From Meiothermus sp. (GTDB lineage: Bacteria; Deinococcota; Deinococci; Deinococcales; Thermaceae): DNA of 64,000 bases. Where the stretch lies: positions 30,855-94,854 of the forward strand of contig NZ_JANXCG010000062.1 in assembly GCF_025060375.1 (NCBI RefSeq), read 5' to 3'. Both the position numbers and the translations under genes were made by a program. The first letter of the stretch is position 1. Each line of letters begins with the position of its first letter. Shown here in pieces: positions 21,413-29,357 of this stretch. The notes under the pieces were generated by a model. The model was not told the DNA's origin and searched no databases. It was given only the letters and a program-made list of their open reading frames with translations.

Positions 21413-22324
21413 ATGCGCTGGCCCCTCCTTCTGTTGGTCCTCTTCCTGCTGGCGTTTCCCCCCATCGCCAGCGCAACGGGGCTCGAGTTCTACCAGGGCC
21501 TCCTGACCAAGATCATGATCCTGGCCCTGGCCGCCAGCAGCCTGAACCTGATCCTGGGGTATGGGGGTATGGTGAGCTTCGGCCACGCCGCCTACTTCGG
21601 CCTGGGGGCCTACGCCGTGGCCATCCTGATGCGCGAAGGGATAAGCTCGGGCTGGGTCATCTGGGGGGTGGCGGTGGGGCTTAGCGCCTTGCTGGCCCTT
21701 CTCATCGGGGCCATCTGCCTGAGGACCCGGGGGGTCTACTTCATCATGATCACCCTGGCCTTCGCCCAGATGATCTACTACCTGGTGGTCTCCTTCAAGC
21801 AGTACGGCGGGGAGGACGGCCTCAGGGCCCGGCGGCCCGAGTTTGGCCTCTTTGAGCTAACCGATACCGCCCTTTACTACCTCAGCCTGGCGGTGCTGGC
21901 CGGGGCCCTGTACCTTCTGCACCGGCTGGTTCACTCGCGCTTTGGGCGGGTGCTCCAGGCCATCCGCGAGAACGAGTCCCGGGCTTTGGCCCTGGGTTAC
22001 CCGGTTTTCCACTTCCAGCTCGTGGCCTTTGTGCTCTCGGGGGCCCTGGCCGGGCTGGCTGGGGCCCTGATGGCCCACTACACCCAGTACGCCTCGCCCA
22101 ACCTGCTGGCCTGGCAGCAGTCCGGCCACCTGATGATGATGGTCATCCTGGGCGGGGTGGGGCAGTTTTGGGGCGGGGTGCTGGGGGCGGCAACGCTCTC
22201 CATCGTGGAGGAGGTCCTGCAGGACCTCACCATCCATTGGCAGCTTGGGGTGGGGCTGATCCTGCTGTTCATCGTGCTCTTCGCCCCCAAAGGGCTGGCC
22301 GGTCTCCTGAGGAGGAGGCCATGA
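21413..22324 (+). CDS. LivM-like ABC permease
   Basis: LNLILGYGGMVSFGHAAYFG, AIRENE and MVILGG. Confidence 0.9.
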   Translation: MRWPLLLLVLFLLAFPPIASATGLEFYQGLLTKIMILALAASSLNLILGYGGMVSFGHAAYFGLGAYAVAILMREGISSGWVIWGVAVGLSALLALLIGAICLRTRGVYFIMITLAFAQMIYYLVVSFKQYGGEDGLRARRPEFGLFELTDTALYYLSLAVLAGALYLLHRLVHSRFGRVLQAIRENESRALALGYPVFHFQLVAFVLSGALAGLAGALMAHYTQYASPNLLAWQQSGHLMMMVILGGVGQFWGGVLGAATLSIVEEVLQDLTIHWQLGVGLILLFIVLFAPKGLAGLLRRRP

Positions 22325-23073
22325 TTCTCCTGGAAACCCAACAGCTCAGCAAGCGGTTCGGCGGGCTGCTGGCAGTCAACAGCTGCAATCTGGAGGTGAG
22401 GGCAGGAGAGGTCCACGCACTAATTGGCCCTAACGGCGCGGGCAAGACCACCCTGCTCAACCTCATAACCGGTGTGCTGGCCCCCAGCAAGGGCCAGATT
22501 CGCTTTGACGGCCAGGAGATCACCCACCTGCCAGCCCATGCCCGGGTGCACCGGGGGCTGGCCCGCACCTTCCAGATCACCAACCTGTTCAAAAACTACA
22601 CCGTGCGGGTGAACCTCGAGCTGGCCGTGCAGGCCCGCCGGGGCAGCAGTTTTCGCTTCTGGCAGCCCGTCGCAAAGGAAAGGGCCCTTACCGAGGAAGC
22701 CTTCCAGGTGGCCGAACGGGTGGGTTTGGGGAGGCGCTTTGAGGTGGTGGCGGGCCAGCTCTCCCACGGGGAGCAGCGGGCCCTCGAGGTGGCCCTGGCC
22801 CTGGCCTCCAAGCCCAAGCTTCTGCTCCTGGACGAGCCCATGGCTGGCATGGGCCCTGAGGAGTCAGCGCGAATGGTGGAGCTTATAGAAAGCCTGCGCC
22901 AAGAGTTCACCATCCTGCTGGTCGAGCACGATATGGACGCCGTCTTCCGGCTGGCCCAGCGCATCTCGGTGCTGGTCTACGGCCAAGTCATCGCCACTGG
23001 AACCCCAGAGGAAATCCGGGCTAACCCCGAGGTGCACAGGGCCTACCTGGGCGACGAAGGGGGTGCGGCGTGA
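22321..23073 (+). CDS. LivG-like ABC ATPase
   Basis: GPNGAGKT, LSHGEQR, LLLDEP and EHD. ATGA overlap fixes the start at 22321. Confidence 0.93.
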   Translation: MILLETQQLSKRFGGLLAVNSCNLEVRAGEVHALIGPNGAGKTTLLNLITGVLAPSKGQIRFDGQEITHLPAHARVHRGLARTFQITNLFKNYTVRVNLELAVQARRGSSFRFWQPVAKERALTEEAFQVAERVGLGRRFEVVAGQLSHGEQRALEVALALASKPKLLLLDEPMAGMGPEESARMVELIESLRQEFTILLVEHDMDAVFRLAQRISVLVYGQVIATGTPEEIRANPEVHRAYLGDEGGAA

Positions 23074-23780
23074 ACCCCTTGCTGCAGATTGAAGGCTTGG
23101 AAGCCTTCTATGGACCCAGCCAGGTGCTCTTTGGGGTGAGCCTCGAGGTCGGCCAGGGCCAGGTAGCCACCCTGCTGGGACGCAATGGCATGGGCAAGAC
23201 GAGCACCGTGCGCTCCATCATGGGCCTCATCCCAACCATGCGAGGCCGTATCCGCTTTGCCGGGCAACCCATTGAGGGCCTGCCTCCAGAGCGAATTGCC
23301 GCCCTAGGCATCGGCCTGGTGCCTGAGGGGCGCCAGATCTTTCCCAACCTCACCGTGGAGGAAAACCTCGTCGCCTTCGCCGCCAACCGCAGCCAAAGCC
23401 CAAACCCCTGGACCCTTGGGCGGGTCTATGAGCTTTTCCCCAGGCTACGGGAGCGGCGCCACCACCTGGGCCACCAGCTTTCCGGAGGCGAGCAGCAGAT
23501 GCTGGCCATTGGCCGGGCCCTCATGACCAATCCCCGCCTGCTCATCCTGGACGAGGCCACCGAGGGCCTGGCCCCCCTGCTGCGCGAGGAAATCTGGCGG
23601 GTACTCCGCCTGCTCAAGGAGGGTGGCCAGACCATACTGGTGATCGACAAGTACCTGGAGCGCCTATTCCCCCTGGCCGACCAGCACACCATCCTGGAGC
23701 GGGGCCGGGTGGTCTGGCAGGGAACCTCCCAAGAGCTCAAGGCTAGCCCCGAGGTTTGGAAGAGGTATCTGAGCGTATGA
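23070..23780 (+). CDS. LivF-like ABC ATPase
   Basis: GRNGMGKT, LSGGEQQMLAIGRAL and LDEATEGLAP. Confidence 0.93.
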   Translation: MNPLLQIEGLEAFYGPSQVLFGVSLEVGQGQVATLLGRNGMGKTSTVRSIMGLIPTMRGRIRFAGQPIEGLPPERIAALGIGLVPEGRQIFPNLTVEENLVAFAANRSQSPNPWTLGRVYELFPRLRERRHHLGHQLSGGEQQMLAIGRALMTNPRLLILDEATEGLAPLLREEIWRVLRLLKEGGQTILVIDKYLERLFPLADQHTILERGRVVWQGTSQELKASPEVWKRYLSV

Positions 23781-24589
23781 GCGAACCCTCCTGGATAGAA
23801 CTCCAGTACAGCCCCCGTCTTACCGTGCCCGACGCGGCCGCATACTTCCAGCGCTGGGCCGAAGCCTCCCGGGTCGCCCGTGAAGCCTTACCCCACCACG
23901 CCAACCTGCGGTACGGCCCAGGCGAGAAGGAAACCCTTGACCTCTTCCCTGCCCCAGAAAGCCGCTACCTGCTCGTCTTCATCCACGGCGGCTACTGGCG
24001 GGCCTTCGATAAGAACGACTTCTCCTGGCTGGCCCCGCCCCTGGTAGAGGCTGGTCTCAGCGTGGCGGTGCTGAACTACGCTCTCTGCCCAGCGGTAACC
24101 ATTCCAGAGATTACCGAGCAGTGTCGCCGGGCAGTGGCCTGGCTGCACCGCGAGGCCCCCCGCTACGGTGCACACGGCCCCTTGCTCATCAGCGGGCACT
24201 CGGCGGGAGGGCACCTGACAGCCGAACTCTTCGCCACCCCCTGGGAAGCCTACGACGTACCCCAGGAGGCCTTCGCAGGGGGCATCGCCATCAGCGGGCT
24301 TTTTGACCTGGAGCCCCTTCTACAGGTGTCCTTCAACACCGAGTTGCGCCTTGACCAAAAGAGCGCCAAGGCCTCGAGCCCCGTTCACAAGCGACCCACC
24401 CTGAAGGTGCCCTTGGTGCTGGCATTAGGGGCGCTGGAATCAGAGGAGTTCCACCGGCAAAGCCAGCTCCTCAACCAGGCCTGGCCCGGGGTCTGTCACG
24501 GGATCATCCGGGTCCCTGAGACCCATCACTTCAGCGTCCTAGACGCCCTGGCTGACCCCAGCAGCCCGCTTTGGCGGCCCTTCTCCTAG
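23777..24589 (+). CDS. Alpha/beta hydrolase, probable AFMID-type kynurenine formamidase
   Basis: FIHGGYW oxyanion motif, GHSAGG nucleophile and HHF. Last gene of the kynU-kynA cluster. Confidence 0.7.
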   Translation: MSEPSWIELQYSPRLTVPDAAAYFQRWAEASRVAREALPHHANLRYGPGEKETLDLFPAPESRYLLVFIHGGYWRAFDKNDFSWLAPPLVEAGLSVAVLNYALCPAVTIPEITEQCRRAVAWLHREAPRYGAHGPLLISGHSAGGHLTAELFATPWEAYDVPQEAFAGGIAISGLFDLEPLLQVSFNTELRLDQKSAKASSPVHKRPTLKVPLVLALGALESEEFHRQSQLLNQAWPGVCHGIIRVPETHHFSVLDALADPSSPLWRPFS

Positions 24590-24590
24590 G

Positions 24591-26474
24591 CTACTCCTCC
24601 AAGGTGGAAAGGTCGCCTGGGTCCTGCCCCAACGCCTGGGCCCTCAAAAGCCGCCGTAGGATTTTGCCTGAGCGGGTTTTGGGCAGCCTGTCCACGAAGA
24701 CCAGCTCCCCTGGCGTAGCGATGGGGCCGAGCTGGTGCCGCACATGCTGGACAATCTCCTGCTGCAAGGTAGGGGTCTTCTCCCAACCCGCCCGCAGCAC
24801 CACAAAGGCCTGGATGCGCTCGCCCTTAATGGGGTCGGGCACGCCAATCACCGCAGCCTCAGCCACAGCAGGATAGGCAACCAGGGCGCTCTCCACATCG
24901 GCGGTGCCAATGCGGTGCCCCGCCACATTGAGCACATCGTCAGCCCGGCCCAGCACCGCAAAGTAGCCGTCCTCGCTCCGGCTGGCCACATCCCCCGCGG
25001 CATAGAACCCGCCGGGAATCTCCTCCCAGTACCGGGTGTAGCGGCCATGGTCGCCCCAGATGGTGCGCATCATGTGAGGAAAAGGCCGGCCCAGGACGAG
25101 CAGCCCTCCCCTGCCTGGGGGCACCTCCTTTCCCTCAGCGTCCACTACCTTTGCCTCCACCCCGGGCAACGGCACCCCCACAAAACCGGGGCGGGCCTCG
25201 AGGGTCAAGGGAGTGCCCAGGGTGGGCCCCCCCAGCTCGGTCTGCCACCAGTTGTCCACCACAAAACCGCGCCGGCCCTCATCCATAAGGTGGGTGTGGG
25301 CCCAGCGCCAGGCCTCGGGGTTCAGCGGCTCGCCGGCCACCGCCAAAAGCCGCAACGAGGAAAGGTCGTGCCGAGCCGGCCATTCTGGGCCGTACTTCAT
25401 AAACATGCGCACGGCGGTGGGGGCGGTGAACATTACGTTCACGCGGTAGCGCTCCACGGCCCCCCAGAGGGCGGAGGGGTCAGGGTAGTCGGGAGCTCCT
25501 TCGCGCAACACGCTGGTAATGCCCAAAAGCAGGGGGGCATAGACGATGTAGCTGTGCCCCACAATCCAGCCGATGTCCGAGGTAGCCCAGAAGACCTCGT
25601 CCTCCTTCACATCAAAAAAGGTCCGCAGGTGGTAGGCAACCCCCACCATGTACCCTCCGTGCACGTGCACCACCCCCTTGGGCTTCCCGGTGGAGCCCGA
25701 GGTGTAGAGGATGAAAAGGGGGTGCTCGCTGTCTAAAGGCACCGCCCCTGCCTCGGGTTTGTGCCCCCAAAGGAGGGCGTTAAAGTCGCTGTGGCGAGGG
25801 CCCTCAGGCACCGCCTTGCTCCGGCTGAACCAGACCACGTGCACGTCCAAGCCCTGGGTGGCCTGCAAAACGATTGACGCCAGGTCAACCGGCTTTCCCC
25901 GTCGGTAGCTCACATCCCCAGCCACCACCACCCTGGCCCCTGCATCCTGTATGCGCTCCCGCAGAGCTGCCACCCCCAGGCCGGCGTAGACCACCGAGTG
26001 GACCGCCCCAATCCGAGCGCAGGCCAGCATGGCAATGATCCCTTCGGGGGTCAGGGGCATGTAGACGATGACCCGGTCCCCTTCCCGAACCCCAAGGGCC
26101 TTGAGGGCGGTGGCAAAGCGGGCCACCCGGTCCAGAAGCTCCCCATAGGTGAGCTTCTGCTCCCTGCCGTCCTCCCCCAGGTACAAAAGGGCTACCCGGT
26201 TGCGGGTAGGCCCCTTAGCGTGGCGGTCCAGCGCATTGTAGACGATGTTGGTCTGGCCGCCCAAAAACCAGCGGTGGTCGGGGAAGTTCCACTCCAAGAC
26301 CCGCTCAAAGGGCTGGAACCAGCTGAAGCGCCGGGCCTCCTCCCCCCAAAACCCCTCCGGGTCCTCCAGGCTGCGGTTATACTCAGCCCAAAAGTCGCGC
26401 AGATTGGCGGCCTGCCGCTCCCACTCGGGCGCTAGATAACCAACCTGGGCCTTCAAAAGCTGCTCAATTTGCAT
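24591..26474 (-). CDS. Acetate/short-chain acyl-CoA ligase (ACS paralog)
   Basis: [30 protein letters not shown] and KTRSGKILRR. AGGAGG RBS before ATG 26474. Confidence 0.92.
   Translation of the reverse strand: MQIEQLLKAQVGYLAPEWERQAANLRDFWAEYNRSLEDPEGFWGEEARRFSWFQPFERVLEWNFPDHRWFLGGQTNIVYNALDRHAKGPTRNRVALLYLGEDGREQKLTYGELLDRVARFATALKALGVREGDRVIVYMPLTPEGIIAMLACARIGAVHSVVYAGLGVAALRERIQDAGARVVVAGDVSYRRGKPVDLASIVLQATQGLDVHVVWFSRSKAVPEGPRHSDFNALLWGHKPEAGAVPLDSEHPLFILYTSGSTGKPKGVVHVHGGYMVGVAYHLRTFFDVKEDEVFWATSDIGWIVGHSYIVYAPLLLGITSVLREGAPDYPDPSALWGAVERYRVNVMFTAPTAVRMFMKYGPEWPARHDLSSLRLLAVAGEPLNPEAWRWAHTHLMDEGRRGFVVDNWWQTELGGPTLGTPLTLEARPGFVGVPLPGVEAKVVDAEGKEVPPGRGGLLVLGRPFPHMMRTIWGDHGRYTRYWEEIPGGFYAAGDVASRSEDGYFAVLGRADDVLNVAGHRIGTADVESALVAYPAVAEAAVIGVPDPIKGERIQAFVVLRAGWEKTPTLQQEIVQHVRHQLGPIATPGELVFVDRLPKTRSGKILRRLLRAQALGQDPGDLSTLEE
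25642..25733. repeat. 92-bp exact repeat, copy 1 (ACS P-loop region)
   Basis: Identical base for base to 27524-27615. Confidence 0.9.
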
Positions 26475-26484
26475 AAAGCCTCCT

Positions 26485-29136
26485 TTAGGGTTCCAGAGTG
26501 GAAAGGTCACCGGGGTCAACGCCCAGCTCCTGGGCTTTTAGCAAACGGCGCATGATTTTCCCGCTTTTGGTGCGGGGTAGGCGCTCCACGATGAGCACCT
26601 CAGTGGCCAGGCTCAGGTTGCCCAGTTGCCGGCGCAGGTGGGATTTCAGCTTATCCGAAAGAACCGCTCGAGCCTCCAGGCTGGCCTCGCGGGTCTTCAG
26701 GACCACGTAGACCTTAACCACCTCCCCCCCCTCAGGGTCGGGCACCCCTATTGCCGCGGCCTCGGCCACGGCGGGGTGGGCGAGCATGGCGCCTTCTATC
26801 TCGGCGGTGCCAATCCGGAGCTCCCCGGCCTTAATCACATCGTCCGAGCGGCCTAGAAGGGCGATGTACCCCTCCTCATCCCGCACCGCAATGTCGCCGG
26901 TAGCGTAGCATCCCGGGATGCGGCTCCACTGCTCGACGTAGCGCCTATCGTCGTTCCAAAAGGTGCGCATGAAGTGGGGGAAGGGCCTGCAGATGACCAG
27001 ATGCCCCTTCTCGCCCGGAGGGAGTTCCCGGCCCAGGCCATCCACCACCCGCATCTCCACCCCTGGTAGGGGCAGGCCGGCCTTTCCGGGCTTGGCGGGC
27101 ATGCACACCGGGGTGGAAAGGCAAGGCCCACCGGTCTCGGTCTGCCACCAGTTGTCCAGCACGTGGGCCAGGTGATTCCGAGCCCAGCGCCAGACCTCCG
27201 GAGCCAGGTACTCCCCCACACAGCCCACCAAGCGCAAGGCGCTGAGGTCGGCATCCTTGGCCCACTCCTCCCCGTGCCGGCGGAAGGCGCGCAGCCAGGT
27301 AGGGCTGGTCAGCAAGACGTTGACCCCGCACGCCTCTAGGGTCTCGTAGAAGCTGCTGGGGTCGGGGTAGTCCAGCCGTTCAGCCCTGAGCACGGTGGTC
27401 AGGCCCTCCAAAAGAGGGGCGTAGAGCGCATAGCTGTGGCCCACAATCCAGGAGAGGTCGGCGGTAGCCCACATCACGTCCCCCTCCTTGAGGTCAAAGA
27501 GGGTGCGCAGGTGGTAGGTGATGCCCACCATGTACCCTCCGTGCACGTGCACCACCCCCTTGGGCTTCCCGGTGGAGCCCGAGGTGTAGAGGATGAAAAG
27601 GGGGTGCTCGCTGTCCACTGGAAGGGCCGGGGTATTGGGCCGGTGAGCCTCCACGAGCTCCCAAAACTCCAAGGACCGGGCGTTGCCACCCCGGCTAAAC
27701 CAGAGCACCTCCAGGTCCAGGCCCTGGACTGCCTCCTCTATCAGGGAGGCAAAGGGCAGGACACGCCCTCCCTGGTACATCCGGTCGGCCGCCACCAGAA
27801 GCTTAGCCCCGGTGTCCAAAAGGCGCTCCCGCAAGGCCTGGGCCCCCATCCCCGCCGGCACCGCCACGTGCACCGCCCCTATACGGGCGCAGGCCAAAAA
27901 GGTGAGGGCCATCTCCAGACCGGTGGGCATGTAGACCGCCACCCGGTCGCCCAGCCCAATCCCCAGGGCCCGCAAGCCCCCGGCCAGCCTCGAGACGAGA
28001 TCGCGCAGCTCGCGGTAGGTGAGCTTGTGCACAGCGCCGTCACCCGCCAAGGCGATGAGGGCCAGGTGATTGCGGCGGGGACCTTCGGCGTAGCGGTCCA
28101 GCGCATTGTAGGTGATGTTGGTCTCGGCCCCCACAAACCAACGGTGGTGAGGCGGCTCGAGGCAGCGAACCTCCTTCCAAGGAGAAAACCAAACAAAACG
28201 CCGGGCCCAGCCCGCCCAGAAGCCCTCGGGGTCCCTTAGGCTCCGCTCGTACTCGGCCCGATAATCGCGCAGGTTGGCCTCAGCTACCAGACGGGGTGGA
28301 GCGGGCACCGCCTTCTCCTCGCAAGCGGGGGTGGGAGACGGGTCAGGGGGGCTCTCCAGGGGCTGGGATAGTGGCTCCGAGGCCACCACCGCCGGCTCGG
28401 TGGGGTGGTAGCTCGAGGCCGCCTTGGCCACCTCCTGCACCGCCTGCACCAGCCGGGTAAAAGCGTAGGGGAAACGCCGGGAAGGCACCACCACCCCCAA
28501 AGCCCCCAGCACCCGCCCCTCCGGGTCAAAAATGGGGGCTGCCAGGCTAGAAAGCCCCAAGGCGTGCTCCTCTATCTCCACCGCAAACCCCATGCGCCGA
28601 ACCTTGGAGAGCTCCTCCTCCAGGGTCAGAGGGTCGGTCAGGGTCAGCGGGGTGTAGGCCCGTAGGTTCTGCAGGTGGCCCGCCTGCACCTCGGGCTCCA
28701 AAAAGGCCAACACCGCCTTGCCCAAGGCCAGGGCGTGAAAACCCTCGGCAATTACTCCCTCCACCCCACTCAGCTTGGGCAGCCCCTGCCGACCGCGGGT
28801 GCTGAGCCGGAGCCGGCCCTCCCGGTCAAGCAAGGCCAGGTAGGTCCGTTCGCGGGTGCGTAGGTAAAGCTCCTCTAGAGCGTCAGATAGACGCTCAGGC
28901 TCCACCAACGGGGCAGAGGGCTTGGCCAAAGCAGTCCTGGAAAGCTTGTAGAGGCTTCCTTCCCGCTCGGCAAAACCCTCAGCCACTAGGCTGGCCAGAA
29001 GGGCATAGGCAGTGGAGAGGCTTTTACCCAAAAAGGCCGCTAGCCGCGCTGCCTCAACCCCCTCAGGGTGCTCGGCCAGGTAGGCCAGCACCCTGAGGGC
29101 GGTTTGCACGGTGGTGAGCTTCCGACTTTGGGCCAT
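26485..29136 (-). CDS. IclR-family regulator fused in frame to an acetyl-CoA-synthetase-like domain (883 aa)
   Basis: IclR HTH (TALRVLAYLAEH..LGKSLSTAYALLASL) and IclR effector domain (HALALGKAVLA..GFAVEIEE..LAAPIF..GALGV), then a Pro-rich linker and a full ACS domain. No internal stop. Confidence 0.88.
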   Translation of the reverse strand: MAQSRKLTTVQTALRVLAYLAEHPEGVEAARLAAFLGKSLSTAYALLASLVAEGFAEREGSLYKLSRTALAKPSAPLVEPERLSDALEELYLRTRERTYLALLDREGRLRLSTRGRQGLPKLSGVEGVIAEGFHALALGKAVLAFLEPEVQAGHLQNLRAYTPLTLTDPLTLEEELSKVRRMGFAVEIEEHALGLSSLAAPIFDPEGRVLGALGVVVPSRRFPYAFTRLVQAVQEVAKAASSYHPTEPAVVASEPLSQPLESPPDPSPTPACEEKAVPAPPRLVAEANLRDYRAEYERSLRDPEGFWAGWARRFVWFSPWKEVRCLEPPHHRWFVGAETNITYNALDRYAEGPRRNHLALIALAGDGAVHKLTYRELRDLVSRLAGGLRALGIGLGDRVAVYMPTGLEMALTFLACARIGAVHVAVPAGMGAQALRERLLDTGAKLLVAADRMYQGGRVLPFASLIEEAVQGLDLEVLWFSRGGNARSLEFWELVEAHRPNTPALPVDSEHPLFILYTSGSTGKPKGVVHVHGGYMVGITYHLRTLFDLKEGDVMWATADLSWIVGHSYALYAPLLEGLTTVLRAERLDYPDPSSFYETLEACGVNVLLTSPTWLRAFRRHGEEWAKDADLSALRLVGCVGEYLAPEVWRWARNHLAHVLDNWWQTETGGPCLSTPVCMPAKPGKAGLPLPGVEMRVVDGLGRELPPGEKGHLVICRPFPHFMRTFWNDDRRYVEQWSRIPGCYATGDIAVRDEEGYIALLGRSDDVIKAGELRIGTAEIEGAMLAHPAVAEAAAIGVPDPEGGEVVKVYVVLKTREASLEARAVLSDKLKSHLRRQLGNLSLATEVLIVERLPRTKSGKIMRRLLKAQELGVDPGDLSTLEP
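27524..27615. repeat. 92-bp exact repeat, copy 2
   Basis: Identical to 25642-25733. Confidence 0.9.
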
Positions 29137-29272
29137 GGTGAGCAAAGGGTTCCCAGCGGCCAACGAAAAAGCGCTGGCTTCAGCTATGCACTTCAGCCGA
29201 CATAATGGTCCTGAGCTCGTCCAAATGTCAAGTAATGGCCGAATTCCTACATTTGACAAACCCCTGGATTTC

Positions 29273-29301
29273 TTGACGACGCCTGAGGCACCGCCTATGC
29301 T
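29273..29301 (+). promoter_or_regulatory. Sigma70-type promoter of acsA
   Basis: TTGACG (29273-29278), 17 nt, TATGCT (29296-29301). Confidence 0.75.
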
Positions 29302-29357
29302 CACAATCAAAAAGACCCCCTGGATTGGGTACATCTTTGCTCTAGGAGGGGCAGCCT

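Noticed and set aside
28270-28400. Possibility that the IclR-ACS fusion is two genes joined by a lost stop codon
   Set aside because: The linker is a Pro-rich low-complexity spacer typical of real fusions, and I see no RBS plus start at the ACS boundary. Not fully excluded without comparing strains.
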